A stretch of DNA of 64,000 bases. Source: a bacterium BMS3Abin06 (GTDB lineage: Bacteria; Nitrospirota; Thermodesulfovibrionia; UBA6902). Positions 16,272 to 27,621 of the stretch are shown here, one piece after another (within the stretch, counting starts at the first letter, position 1; every line of letters begins with the position of its first letter). The position numbers and the translations under genes were made by a program. The stretch lies in NCBI GenBank assembly GCA_002897895.1, contig BDSY01000058.1:40109-104108 (forward strand), read 5' to 3'. The notes under the pieces are model-generated. The model was given only the letters and a program-made list of their open reading frames with translations, was not told the DNA's origin and did not search any database.

Positions 16272-17136
16272 GCAGTCCAATCTGCCCTAATCGCGGGGCA
16301 AGCATAACATCCGGCGGGTCACCGGCCATCCGGCTTCTTGTGATGCGGTCCTGCATGATATTTATGGAGCTGGCCAGGACATCAAACAATCCCGGCGTGC
16401 CCGAGGGTTGGGGCATAATGGAAGTCGCCCGTTCCTTGAGGCTTGCGGAGAGCTTTTCAAGGAGTTTTCTCTCAGTGCTTGCTTCTTTTCTTTTAAGAGA
16501 CTTTCCCCGGCTTTTACGAAGATGTTTGCCGACTATGTCCCCGTTCAGGTTAACGGCAATGACTACCTGTGCCCCCATCGCACGGCAAAGTGAAACCGGT
16601 ACAGGGTTAACCAGGCCGCCGTCCACTAACCATTTATCATCAAGTTTTACAGGCGTAAAGATGCCGGGCAAAGCAATGGATGCGCGTACGGCATCTAAAA
16701 GCGATCCCTTTGTGAACCAGGTTTCACGGCCTGAATTTAAATCAGTAGCAACTGTTCCAAAAACTCCCGGAAGTTCTTCAATTAACCGGATACTGATATG
16801 CTTGTGCAGAAAGTCCATCAGGCGTTTACCCTGAACAAACCCTCCTCCTTCAACCAGTTTTATATCCAGATATCGAACTATATCGCGTACGTGCAGGCTT
16901 CGCACCAGGTCTTCGAGCATGTCGAGTTGATTGCAAAGGTAAGCTGCTCCGACGAGTGCACCGACTGAAGTGCCGCATACGATATCAGGTTTTATGCCTG
17001 ACTCACTGAGAGCGTGGAGCACACCTATATGCCCCCAGCCGCGTGCAGAACCGCTGCCGAGTGCAAGGCCGATTATATTCCGTTTTGTTTTCATTGAATC
17101 AACAATCATTATTACGTTAATAATACAATATGTCAT
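16171..17136 (-). CDS. Patatin-like phospholipase (RssA-like)
   Basis: GxSxG (GTSVG) nucleophile elbow and DGG motif. Confidence 0.75.
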   Translation of the reverse strand: MTYCIINVIMIVDSMKTKRNIIGLALGSGSARGWGHIGVLHALSESGIKPDIVCGTSVGALVGAAYLCNQLDMLEDLVRSLHVRDIVRYLDIKLVEGGGFVQGKRLMDFLHKHISIRLIEELPGVFGTVATDLNSGRETWFTKGSLLDAVRASIALPGIFTPVKLDDKWLVDGGLVNPVPVSLCRAMGAQVVIAVNLNGDIVGKHLRKSRGKSLKRKEASTERKLLEKLSASLKERATSIMPQPSGTPGLFDVLASSINIMQDRITRSRMAGDPPDVMLAPRLGQIGLLEFDRASEAIEEGRACVKRMLPALKDALRLKEF

Positions 17137-17198
17137 GCATAAATCGATAATAAATTATCAACTGGATTGCGCGGCAAATCTGTAATATAATCCTTTAT

Positions 17199-17891
17199 AT
17201 GACAAACAGACGGAATTATTACCGTATACTCCAGGTTCAGCCCGATGCCCCACTGGAAATTATTCGCTCCTGCTATTACACGCTTATGCGTAAATTAAAG
17301 CAGCATCCGGACCTTGGCGGTGAACACTGGAATGCTGTAATTATAAATGAGGCTTATGCAACCCTCAGAGATAGCAATAAACGCGCTGAATATGATAAAA
17401 GACTCTTTGAACATTATACAAAAAAACCGATTCCTGATAAAAATTCCGTCAGGAAACCTTCCATCAGCATCTTTTGCCCTTTCTGCAAAAGACCCCTTGC
17501 GCGTAAAGCAAAACCCGGGGAAAGCTGTCCTTCATGCAGAAGTCCTTTACAAGCAATGAGTACCGGGGAAGCATTGCACCATGATTATCATCGCTCGGTT
17601 GATCGTATAAAAAAGTCCGGGAACCTTCGATACTATTCTTCCTGGCCCCAAAAGGGAAAAGAAGCAAAAATTCTTGACCTTTCACCAAAAGGAATTCGTT
17701 TTCTGTGTGCTGAGGAACTGGACCGGGAATTAATTGTCAAGCTGAGTAGTCCTTTGTTGAAAGCGATTGCAAAAGTAATAGATACCCAAAAAAAGGAGGC
17801 AGGTGGAAAGACTTTCTTTGCTGTTGGAGCCCAGTTTCTTACGGTGAACTTTGCGAACCCGAAAGGCTCATTTTTTTCTACTATTATTTAA
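17199..17891 (+). CDS. J-domain protein with Cys4 zinc-ribbon and C-terminal PilZ-like domain
   Basis: HPD motif (KQHPDLGG), CPFC...CPSC, then RSVDR ... DLSPKG (RxxxR / DxSxxG c-di-GMP-binding pattern). Confidence 0.5.
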   Translation: MTNRRNYYRILQVQPDAPLEIIRSCYYTLMRKLKQHPDLGGEHWNAVIINEAYATLRDSNKRAEYDKRLFEHYTKKPIPDKNSVRKPSISIFCPFCKRPLARKAKPGESCPSCRSPLQAMSTGEALHHDYHRSVDRIKKSGNLRYYSSWPQKGKEAKILDLSPKGIRFLCAEELDRELIVKLSSPLLKAIAKVIDTQKKEAGGKTFFAVGAQFLTVNFANPKGSFFSTII

Positions 17892-18004
17892 CAATCATGT
17901 TGCGTCAATACAGTTCTGGGTAAGTATTTGATTTGCAATCAGCAGTGAATTTTTGATAAATAAATAATAACGATACCGACGGAAACGAGGGATTTAAATA
18001 GATA

Positions 18005-19027
18005 ATGGTAAATAATCATAATGCTGTCCATGCTGAAAAACCCGGGCAGGAAGATCTGAGGGATATGATTGCCAGATATTTGCCCCCTGAGCGTGTGCCG
18101 AAAAAAGTCAAAGTTATCACAGATACATCTGATTTCTTCAGGGTTGATTACGATGATGTGGTTGTTCTTGATGGACGGCCTTACCTTATCAGGAATTATG
18201 AACGGGAGGGGCGTTTCAGCATAGATGAGCAGCCGAAATTCTGGGTTAAGAGGGCCATTGACCTGGAGGATGGAAGTCTGAAAATTATTAAAATGGTCTT
18301 CTCTGAAAGATTCAGGGCAAAGGTTGGCGATATGATTTTTGAATGTGTGCGAAGTTCTAAAAAAGAGGCCAGAATTCTTGATTTAGTCAGGGGTCACCCG
18401 AATTTCATGCATGGATTCAGCACCAGAGACTCTACCGGGAATATCATAAGAATCATTGACTATATCCCTGGCATAACCATGGATATCCTGATATCAAGAC
18501 TCGGCAGAAACCATGAGGACTACTTTTATAATTACTTCCCTTCAGTTTTTGTCGATTATATCGAGCTGGTCGAGGCCATTGCATTTCTTCACAGGCATGG
18601 TGAAAAACATGGGGACATCAGGCGCGACCATATTATAAAGGATAAGCGAGGAGGCCGGTACAGGTGGATAGACTTTGATTTTAACTATTGGCATAAAGAG
18701 AATATGTTTGGTTATGATCTGTTCGGGCTGGGCAATGTCCTGGTTTATCTTGCAGGGCGGGGGGATGTTACCACACAGTATCTTGGACATAATAATCAGG
18801 CTGCATTGCAAAGGCTGACTATTGATGACATGAACATTATTTTTAATAACCGGGTAGTCAATCTGAAAAAGATTTATCCTTATATCCCTGATACACTTAA
18901 TTTTGTGCTGCTTCACTTTTCTGCAGGGGCGGAGGTCTTCTATGATGATACCGGGCAATTACTGGATGATCTGAATGAAGCAAGAGATAATCTTAACGTT
19001 GCTCATGATTCAGTAAGGGAGGAATAA
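18005..19027 (+). CDS. Protein-kinase-like (atypical Ser/Thr kinase or phosphotransferase fold) protein
   Basis: Catalytic-loop-like HGDIRRDHII and DFD (WIDFDFN) motifs. Confidence 0.4.
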   Translation: MVNNHNAVHAEKPGQEDLRDMIARYLPPERVPKKVKVITDTSDFFRVDYDDVVVLDGRPYLIRNYEREGRFSIDEQPKFWVKRAIDLEDGSLKIIKMVFSERFRAKVGDMIFECVRSSKKEARILDLVRGHPNFMHGFSTRDSTGNIIRIIDYIPGITMDILISRLGRNHEDYFYNYFPSVFVDYIELVEAIAFLHRHGEKHGDIRRDHIIKDKRGGRYRWIDFDFNYWHKENMFGYDLFGLGNVLVYLAGRGDVTTQYLGHNNQAALQRLTIDDMNIIFNNRVVNLKKIYPYIPDTLNFVLLHFSAGAEVFYDDTGQLLDDLNEARDNLNVAHDSVREE

Positions 19028-19032
19028 AAGGT

Positions 19033-19503
19033 ATGGAAAACTCTGGCAAACTCAAAGACAGGCACATCCTCATTGCATTAGATGAGTCGGAAAATGCAAG
19101 AAGGGCGCTTCTTTACGCAGCGGATTTTCTTGGAGGCACGCCGGGATTTCGTGCAACACTCCTGAGAATTATCCCTGAACCTCCGGAAGATTATTTTGAT
19201 TCGGATGAAGAGCGCAATAAGTGGATTGAAGACAGGCGTTCCACTGCAAAGGAGATGCTCGAAAATTACCGCAAAATACTCATTCAATCCGGTTTCAGGG
19301 AAGATAAAGTGGATGTCCTGATCAATGTCAGGAGTTGCCCTTCTGTTGCAAAATGCATACTTGATGAGCAGAAGAGACTCGGATGCTGTACAGTGGTTGT
19401 AGGGCGGCGGGGAATATCAAAAAAGGAAGAATTTATATTCGGCAGCACCTCTAATAAAATCCTTCACAACGGGAAAAACTGCGCTGTATGGGTGATAGAA
19501 TAA
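19033..19503 (+). CDS. Universal stress protein (UspA family)
   Basis: 156 aa with the ...VVVGRRGISKKEEFIFGSTSNKILHN ATP-binding tail. Confidence 0.75.
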   Translation: MENSGKLKDRHILIALDESENARRALLYAADFLGGTPGFRATLLRIIPEPPEDYFDSDEERNKWIEDRRSTAKEMLENYRKILIQSGFREDKVDVLINVRSCPSVAKCILDEQKRLGCCTVVVGRRGISKKEEFIFGSTSNKILHNGKNCAVWVIE

Positions 19504-19549
19504 TTTAACCGGAGAAGGCCTGAAAAGCGCTGAAATTATCAGATAACGG

Positions 19550-21088
19550 TCATATTGATTTTTCTTCTATATCATATTTCTTTATTTTATACCCTATCTG
19601 CCTGGATGTAATTCCAAGAAGCCGCGCTGCTTTTGCCTGAACCCAGCCTGTTTTTTCAAGGGCATTAAGAATATTCGATTTTTCAATTTCCCCGATATTC
19701 GCTGTTAACGATGCCGACTTGCCGGAACTTTTAGGACGCTGAATACTCAGAGAAACAGGCAGGTCCGAGGCCGTGATCAGCTCTGAAGGCGACATAATGA
19801 CTAATCTTTCAATTGTGTTTTCAAGTTCCCTGACATTCCCGGGCCAGTTATAATTCAAAAAGACCTGCAAAGCGCTTTTATCAAGGACAACGGAGCGATT
19901 ATTTTCCTGATTGAACTTTTTCAGGAAGTGATCAATCAGGACAGGAATGTCTTCTCCCCTGTCACACAGGGGGGGCAGGAAAAGCGGTATCACATTAAGC
20001 CTGTAATAAAGGTCTTCCCTGAATTTTCCCTGTGATACCAGATGTTCAAGATTTCTGCTGGTTGCCGTTATGATCCTGACATCAACCTTGGTGGTTTTTT
20101 CACTCCCGACACGTTCAAACTCTCTTTCCTGAAGTACCCGCAAGATTTTCGGCTGGAGTGTCGGTGGAAGATCGCCGATCTCATCAAGAAATATGGTGCC
20201 CTTGTTTGCAAGCTCGAATTTGCCGCATCGCGAAGCAATAGCGCCGGTAAAAGCTCCCTTTTCATGGCCGAAGAGCTCGGACTCCAGAAGCCCTTCGGGT
20301 ATGGATGCACAGTTGAATTTTATGAAAGCCTCTTTGCTTCTGGGACTCATATAATGAATCGCTTTTGCAAACAGCTCCTTTCCCGTGCCGCTTTCACCGC
20401 GAAGAAGAACGGTTGCCTTTGATGGAGAGACGCGGTGAATGGCCTCAAATACCTCCTGCATTCTGTCTGACTGGCCGATAACATTTTCAATGCTGTATTT
20501 CCCTTTTAATTCTCTCTTTAAATCTTCTTTTTCTTTTTCAACCTCTTCATAGCTCTCCCAGAGTTTAATAAACTGGGCGATTAATGAGGCTACAATCTTC
20601 AGAACTCTGAGGTCATCATCAACGCCTCCCTGCTTTTTTGAATAAATTCTGTCTACACTCAAAACTCCCAGAACTTCATTCTTCAGCATTATCGGGACAC
20701 AGAGGAAAGATATTCCGTCTTTTTCAGGTCTTGAACCTGTCTTGTTGAGAAACAAGGGTTCTTCCCCGATATTGGGAATCACCATTGGAATCTTTTTTTC
20801 CAGTACCCGGCCCACAATACCTTCCCCGATACGATATTTCCCCTTTTCAATATTGTTTTTTGTAAGCCCGTGCGCTGCAACAATGCGCAGCTCTCTTGAT
20901 AAAGGATCAAGTAAAAATACGCAACCCCTTTGCATCTCAAGAAGACTGCCCAGAGTCGATATTACAGAGAGGAGGTTTTTATCAAGGTCAAAGGACGTAG
21001 TGAGAACCTTGCTGACTTCGAGAATGGCCGAAAGCTCCCTGTTTTTGCGAACAATCAGATCGGTCTTTTTATTCACGGCTGCTTTCAT
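19550..21088 (-). CDS. Sigma-54-dependent transcriptional activator with N-terminal GAF domain
   Basis: GESGTGKE Walker A, GAFTGA motif, C-terminal Fis-type HTH. Confidence 0.85.
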   Translation of the reverse strand: MKAAVNKKTDLIVRKNRELSAILEVSKVLTTSFDLDKNLLSVISTLGSLLEMQRGCVFLLDPLSRELRIVAAHGLTKNNIEKGKYRIGEGIVGRVLEKKIPMVIPNIGEEPLFLNKTGSRPEKDGISFLCVPIMLKNEVLGVLSVDRIYSKKQGGVDDDLRVLKIVASLIAQFIKLWESYEEVEKEKEDLKRELKGKYSIENVIGQSDRMQEVFEAIHRVSPSKATVLLRGESGTGKELFAKAIHYMSPRSKEAFIKFNCASIPEGLLESELFGHEKGAFTGAIASRCGKFELANKGTIFLDEIGDLPPTLQPKILRVLQEREFERVGSEKTTKVDVRIITATSRNLEHLVSQGKFREDLYYRLNVIPLFLPPLCDRGEDIPVLIDHFLKKFNQENNRSVVLDKSALQVFLNYNWPGNVRELENTIERLVIMSPSELITASDLPVSLSIQRPKSSGKSASLTANIGEIEKSNILNALEKTGWVQAKAARLLGITSRQIGYKIKKYDIEEKSI

Positions 21089-21113
21089 ATAATAAAAATT
21101 GTCGGAGAATTAA

Positions 21114-22634
21114 TTAAACCTGCAGCTTCTTCCCGGCTGCCAGTTTGTTCAGGGCATTTATGTAAGCTTTGGCAGATGCAATGATAATATCGGTATCGGC
21201 CCCGTGGCCGTTGACAGTCCGGCCTGCTTCTTCAAGTGAACAGACGACTTCACCAAGGGCGTCGGTGCCGCCTGTGATAGCCTTGACTTCATACTTGAGC
21301 AGTCTGCTTTTAGTGCCGGTTATTAAAGTGATTGCCTTGAATACCGCATCAACAGGCCCGTCTCCGTACCCGGTTTTCTCAATCATTTCTCCGTTAACTT
21401 TGAGTTTGAGAACGGCAGTCGGCTTTTGATCTGTGCCGGATGATACGCTCAGGCCTGTGAGACTGTATATCTCAGGCACCATTGTGAACTCTTCGGAAAC
21501 AAGCGCTTCAATGTCTTCATCATAAATTTCTTTTTTCTGGTCGGCCAGTTTCTTAAAACGTTCAAAAGCGCTGTTGACTTCTTCATCACTTAATGTATAG
21601 CCGAGTTCATCAAGTCTCGTCCTGAATGCATGGCGGCCCGAATGTTTGCCGAGGACAAACTTTGTTTTATGTAACCCGATTGTCTCAGGTCTGATAATTT
21701 CATAGGTTGATTTTTCTTTCAGGAGCCCGTCCTGGTGTATCCCTGATTCATGTGCAAAGGCATTGGCGCCGACAATAGCCTTGTTGGGCTGGACGGATAT
21801 CCCTGTGATTTTTGTAACAAGCCTGCTGCTGCGCATAATCTCTTCTGTATTGATATTTGTGTCGGCATTAAATAATTCACGCCTTGTCCTTAAAGCCATT
21901 ACAACTTCTTCCATGGAGCAGTTGCCCGCGCGTTCTCCGATACCGTTAACAGTGCATTCAACCTGGCCTGCTCCGTTAAGAACGGCTGAAAGAGAGTTTG
22001 ACGTGGAAAGTCCGAGATCATTATGGCAGTGCACCGAGATAACGGCCTTATCAATATTCTTTACCCTCTCACAGAGGGTTTTTATCATTGCCCCGAATTC
22101 GCCGGGAATGCTGTAGCCGACTGTGTCAGGAATATTCACTGTTAATGCGCCTGCCTCAATAACCGCCTCTACAACTTCACAGAGATACCCTGTGTCGGTA
22201 CGGGTCGCATCCATTGGTGAAAATTCAACGTCATCTACAAAACTCTTTGCAAGCTGAACCATTTGCACAGACCTTTTAAGGGCTTCTTTACGGTCAATAC
22301 GAAACTGGTATTTCAGATGTATATCGGAAGTGGAATGAAATGTGTGAATTCGTCTCCTGGGTGCCTCTTTAAGCGATTCCCATGCACGTTTGATATCCTC
22401 TTCTTTTGCCCGGGCAAGGCTGCAGATAACAGGGCCGTCGACTTCACCACCGATGGTTTTAATTGCCTCAAAATCACCCGGCGAAGCTATAGCAAAACCG
22501 GCCTCGATAATATCCACTCCAAGGCGTGCAAGCTGTCTTGCAAGGCGGAGCTTTTCCTCGACATTCATGGATGCACCGGGTGATTGCTCCCCGTCTCTCA
22601 GGGTTGTATCAAAAATTTTTATTATCCTCATCAC
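21114..22634 (-). CDS. leuA: 2-isopropylmalate synthase
   Basis: N-terminal FDTTLRDGEQ; 506 aa. Confidence 0.85.
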   Translation of the reverse strand: MMRIIKIFDTTLRDGEQSPGASMNVEEKLRLARQLARLGVDIIEAGFAIASPGDFEAIKTIGGEVDGPVICSLARAKEEDIKRAWESLKEAPRRRIHTFHSTSDIHLKYQFRIDRKEALKRSVQMVQLAKSFVDDVEFSPMDATRTDTGYLCEVVEAVIEAGALTVNIPDTVGYSIPGEFGAMIKTLCERVKNIDKAVISVHCHNDLGLSTSNSLSAVLNGAGQVECTVNGIGERAGNCSMEEVVMALRTRRELFNADTNINTEEIMRSSRLVTKITGISVQPNKAIVGANAFAHESGIHQDGLLKEKSTYEIIRPETIGLHKTKFVLGKHSGRHAFRTRLDELGYTLSDEEVNSAFERFKKLADQKKEIYDEDIEALVSEEFTMVPEIYSLTGLSVSSGTDQKPTAVLKLKVNGEMIEKTGYGDGPVDAVFKAITLITGTKSRLLKYEVKAITGGTDALGEVVCSLEEAGRTVNGHGADTDIIIASAKAYINALNKLAAGKKLQV

Positions 22635-23350
22635 GCCGCTTCTTTTGATTTTCTCTTTTTATTAAAAATATATGTGCCTTCTGCTATTCCCCAGAAAACA
22701 TAGATAATGGAGAAAGTAAATATCACTATTTCAGGATACATAAATATAAGAACAAATGCCACTACAATTACAACGAGGAGCCAGAAGGGCTTCCTTTTTT
22801 TAAAGTCAATTTCTTTCAGCCCGTGAAATCGCAGGGTGCTGACCATAAGGGCTGCAAGTAAAACCATCAGGAAAAGAATCGTATAGTTTTTTCCGCTCAG
22901 ACTGCCCCATGCCTCATTATAAAACAATACTAAGGAAGCCGCGACTGTACCTGCTGCGGGTATGGGCAGGCCGGTAAAAGCCTTGCTTTCCGCACTTCCC
23001 ATCTGGACATTATACCTCGCAAGCCTCAATGCGCCGCATATGACAAAAAGAAATACAGCTCCCCATCCGAGACGGCCGAAGGGCTGCAGGGCCCAGCTGT
23101 AGATCAGGACGGCAGGGGCAACGCCAAAGGCAATGAGGTCGGAAAGAGAGTCAAGTTCAATCCCGAATTTTGTGGTGCTGTTTGTTAATCTTGCGACCCA
23201 GCCGTCAAGGCCGTCAAAGATATTTGCAATTAATATCGCCCATGCGCTGTATATGAAATGTCCCTTGAATGCTGCAAGAATGGCATAAAAGCCGCAGAAC
23301 ATCCCTCCCAGCGTCAGGGAATTCGGTAGTATGTAGATTCCTTTTCTCAT
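22631..23350 (-). CDS. pssA: CDP-diacylglycerol--serine O-phosphatidyltransferase
   Basis: CDP-alcohol phosphatidyltransferase motif DGxxAR...G...D (DGLDGWVAR). Confidence 0.75.
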   Translation of the reverse strand: MRKGIYILPNSLTLGGMFCGFYAILAAFKGHFIYSAWAILIANIFDGLDGWVARLTNSTTKFGIELDSLSDLIAFGVAPAVLIYSWALQPFGRLGWGAVFLFVICGALRLARYNVQMGSAESKAFTGLPIPAAGTVAASLVLFYNEAWGSLSGKNYTILFLMVLLAALMVSTLRFHGLKEIDFKKRKPFWLLVVIVVAFVLIFMYPEIVIFTFSIIYVFWGIAEGTYIFNKKRKSKEAA

Positions 23351-23387
23351 AATTCAGCAATCAGCCTTTATTGTCATCTGTCTTTTT

Positions 23388-23499
23388 CTGATTGCATAAC
23401 TCTTTAACTCTTTAACTCTTTAACTCTTTAACTCTTTAACTCTTTAACTCTTTAACTCTTTAACTCTTTAACTCTTTAACTCTTTAACTCTTTAACTCC
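23388..23499. repeat. Tandem repeat, about 13-14 copies of an 8-bp unit AACTCTTT
   Basis: Read directly. It sits between psd and pssA and supplies the last codons (..VKELKS) and stop of psd. Confidence 0.8.
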
Positions 23500-24117
23500 C
23501 AGTATCGTTTCACCTGCTGTAACCCTGTCGTTTAATTGTACCTTAATTTCAGTATCTAACGGCAGGTAAATATCCACCCTTGAACTGAACTTGATCATTC
23601 CGTATCTCTCTCCCTGGGAAAGTGATTCTCCGGGCTTTACCCTGCAAACCGCGCGCCTTGCAACAGCGCCCGCTATCTGTTTTACCACAACCGGCCCGTG
23701 ATTATCACAATCAAGAAGCATGGTGATATGTTCATTTAAAATTGAGGCATCGTCTTTAAATGCGGAATAGAACTTGCCGGGGTAATGCTGAACATCTTTG
23801 ACAATGCCGTCACACGGCGCCCTGTTAATATGGACGTTTAACGGCGACATGAAGGTGCTTATCTTCAGTCTGTTCCCGTTTAATATCTCGTCTTCCTTTG
23901 CCTCTGTAATCAGGATAATTTTTCCGTCGGCAGGGGCAATGAATGCGTTCCTGTCAGTGGTTATGACCCTCTCGGGATCTCTGAAAAAATAGAACATGAA
24001 GAGCGTAAGTATCAGCGCAAGCGCAGCCCCCCATCTCAACCCCAGGATTGCTGATATAACAGTGATTGAAGCGAAGAAGATGATAAAAGGATAGCCTTCT
24101 TTAGCAAATTGAAGCAT
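23476..24117 (-). CDS. psd: Phosphatidylserine decarboxylase-related protein (small Psd/Asd type)
   Basis: 213 aa with an N-terminal TM segment, read by eye as a PSD-like fold. Context is psd-pssA. Confidence 0.6.
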   Translation of the reverse strand: MLQFAKEGYPFIIFFASITVISAILGLRWGAALALILTLFMFYFFRDPERVITTDRNAFIAPADGKIILITEAKEDEILNGNRLKISTFMSPLNVHINRAPCDGIVKDVQHYPGKFYSAFKDDASILNEHITMLLDCDNHGPVVVKQIAGAVARRAVCRVKPGESLSQGERYGMIKFSSRVDIYLPLDTEIKVQLNDRVTAGETILGVKELKS

Positions 24118-24149
24118 GTATTCAGAACCCGGACAGTTTCCCGGCGAAG

Positions 24150-24177
24150 TCTGAGTTCTGAGTTCTGAGTTCTGAGT
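24150..24177. repeat. Heptamer tandem repeat (TCTGAGT)x4
   Basis: Read directly, in the ilvC-psd intergenic region. Confidence 0.8.
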
Positions 24178-24186
24178 TCCGTATTA

Positions 24187-25260
<1,074 letters not shown>

Positions 25261-25306
25261 TTACGGTCACGAATCACGGACACGTCTGACGTATGTTGTT
25301 CGTTTT

Positions 25307-25798
25307 TCATTTAGGTTTCTTAACTCCCTCACGGGCTATTGCCACCTTGCCGGTGCGCACGAACTCTTTAATCCCGAAAGGCTTTATCAGTTCTATGAAT
25401 GCATCTATCTTTTTTTCATCACCAGTGATCTCTACCGTGAAAGTAGTGGTGCCCGAGTCAACTATTCTTCCCCTGAATATCTCCGCGAGTTTGAGAAATT
25501 CCGTCTTGTCATTTTTTTTCGGGGCAACCTTGATGAGCACCATCTCTCTCTCAACATGGTCAACCTCCATGTAGTCTACGACTTTTATGATATCAATCAG
25601 TTTGTTGAGCTGTTTTGTTATCTGTTCAACGATCCTGTCATCCCCGCTTGTAACAATAGTCATGAGTGAAATTGCCGGGTCTATGGTCTCACCAACGGAA
25701 AGGCTTTCAATATTGAACCCCCTGCCGCTGAACAGGCCGGAGACCCTTGAAAGGACTCCGAATTTATTTTCTACAAGTATTGATATCGTATGCCTCAT
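25307..25798 (-). CDS. ilvN: Acetolactate synthase small (regulatory) subunit
   Basis: ACT-domain start MRHTISILVENKFGVLSRVSGLFSGRGFNIESL. Confidence 0.85.
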   Translation of the reverse strand: MRHTISILVENKFGVLSRVSGLFSGRGFNIESLSVGETIDPAISLMTIVTSGDDRIVEQITKQLNKLIDIIKVVDYMEVDHVEREMVLIKVAPKKNDKTEFLKLAEIFRGRIVDSGTTTFTVEITGDEKKIDAFIELIKPFGIKEFVRTGKVAIAREGVKKPK

Positions 25799-25866
25799 CT
25801 CTCTCCTCTAAAATAAATCGTTCCGGCAGTTTGAGCCTTTTATATTGTTGAAACGGCTCGAACTCT

Positions 25867-27600
25867 TTATTTTACCGCCTTAAGTTTTTTTTCAGACCTT
25901 TTCTCTTCTTCTTCAAAAATCATCTCGTCAATTGCCGCACCGGCCGGCACCATTGGAAAGACCTTTTCTTTCCAGTCAACAACAAAGTCCATAAATACCG
26001 GTTTATCTTTTATCTTCAGGGCCTCCCTGAGAACCGGCACTACTTCATCCGGCTTTTCAGCCCTTAAGCCTACGGCGCCGTATGCCTCGGCGACCTTGAC
26101 AAAATCCGGTATTACGTCAAGTTTGGTATGTGAGTAGCGCTCCCTGAAAAACAGTTCCTGCCACTGCCTGACCATGCCGAGGTAACCGTTGTTAAGGATC
26201 GCCACTTTTACAGGCAGTTTGTTTATAACGGCTGTCGCTAATTCCTGTATGTTCATCTGAATGCTTCCGTCGCCGGCTATGTCAAAAACCAGTTTGCCGG
26301 GGCAGGCAATCTGCGCGCCGATTGCCGCAGGAAAGCCGTATCCCATTGTGCCGAGGCCGCCTGAAGTGAGCAACTGCCTCGGCTTGTCATATTTGTAGAA
26401 TTGCGCGGCCCACATCTGGTTCTGCCCGACTTCAGTACAGATTATTGCTTCGCCCTTTGAGACTTCATATATCTTTTCTACGACAAATTCGGGCTTGATT
26501 ATTTTTTTGTTGAGGTTGTAGCTGAGCGGTTTCTCATCTTTCCAGTAGTCAATCTGTTTTAACCAGGCGCTTCTGACCGCATCCCACTGGGCCTTCTGCT
26601 CTTTGACTGCTTTAATCATATCCTTCAGCACATTCTTTACATCCCCGACAACAGGCAGATCAACCCTTACATTTTTTCTGATGGAGGTGGGGTCGATATC
26701 GATGTGTATGATTTTTGCATCCGGGGCAAACGCACTTGTTTTTCCTGTGACACGGTCGTCAAATCTTACGCCGATGCCGATAAGGAGGTCCGAGTCCTGA
26801 ACGGATTTGTTTGCATAATATGTGCCGTGCATGCCGAGCATGCCTAATGAAAGTTTGTGTGTGCCCGGGAACCCGCCGAGTCCCATCAGTGTCATGGTAA
26901 CGGGGATTCTGGCTGTCTCAGCCAGGCCCTTAAGTTCTTTTGAGGCGCCGGATAAAATTACACCGCCCCCAGCCATGATAACCGGTTTTTTGGCCTTTGC
27001 TATCATCTGGGCGGCCTGTTTTATCATCCATTTATTCCCCTGGTAAGTCGGGTTGTAGCTTCTGAGCTTTACCTCAGCCGGCCATTTGAAATCAGCCATT
27101 CCTGCTGTTACGTCTTTCGGCAAATCGATAAGCACGGGGCCCGGCCTCCCGGTTGACGCTATATGGAATGCCTCTCTTACAGTTTTTGCCAGATCCTTTA
27201 TGTCCTTGACAAGGTAATTATGCTTGGTGCAGGGTCTTGTAATCCCTACTATATCGGCCTCCTGAAATGCATCATTGCCGATAAGCATGGTCGGCACCTG
27301 GCCGGAGAAGACTACGAGCGGAATGGAATCCATTGAAGCAGTAGCTATACCCGTTACAGTGTTGGTTGCGCCGGGGCCTGATGTGACAATTGCCACTCCG
27401 ACTTTCCCGCTTACCCTTGCGTATCCGTCCGCTGCATGAATAGCCCCCTGCTCATGCCTTGCAAGGATAAGCTCTACGTCCTTCTCATCATAAAGAGTAT
27501 CGAAAATATTGAGTACCACGCCTCCGGGATAACCAAAGATGTGCTTTACGCCTTCTTTTTTCAGACACTCTATTAATATTTCAGCGCCGCTTATTTTCAT
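25867..27600 (-). CDS. ilvB: Acetolactate synthase large subunit
   Basis: ThDP-binding motifs; 577 aa. Confidence 0.85.
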   Translation of the reverse strand: MKISGAEILIECLKKEGVKHIFGYPGGVVLNIFDTLYDEKDVELILARHEQGAIHAADGYARVSGKVGVAIVTSGPGATNTVTGIATASMDSIPLVVFSGQVPTMLIGNDAFQEADIVGITRPCTKHNYLVKDIKDLAKTVREAFHIASTGRPGPVLIDLPKDVTAGMADFKWPAEVKLRSYNPTYQGNKWMIKQAAQMIAKAKKPVIMAGGGVILSGASKELKGLAETARIPVTMTLMGLGGFPGTHKLSLGMLGMHGTYYANKSVQDSDLLIGIGVRFDDRVTGKTSAFAPDAKIIHIDIDPTSIRKNVRVDLPVVGDVKNVLKDMIKAVKEQKAQWDAVRSAWLKQIDYWKDEKPLSYNLNKKIIKPEFVVEKIYEVSKGEAIICTEVGQNQMWAAQFYKYDKPRQLLTSGGLGTMGYGFPAAIGAQIACPGKLVFDIAGDGSIQMNIQELATAVINKLPVKVAILNNGYLGMVRQWQELFFRERYSHTKLDVIPDFVKVAEAYGAVGLRAEKPDEVVPVLREALKIKDKPVFMDFVVDWKEKVFPMVPAGAAIDEMIFEEEEKRSEKKLKAVK

Positions 27601-27621
27601 CTCTTCTCCAAACCCTGGTTT

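Noticed and set aside
16181-16834. 217-aa plus-strand ORF (and 16408..16593)
   Set aside because: It lies fully antisense to the well-supported patatin gene. The sequence is Ser/Arg/Pro-rich with low complexity and has no RBS.
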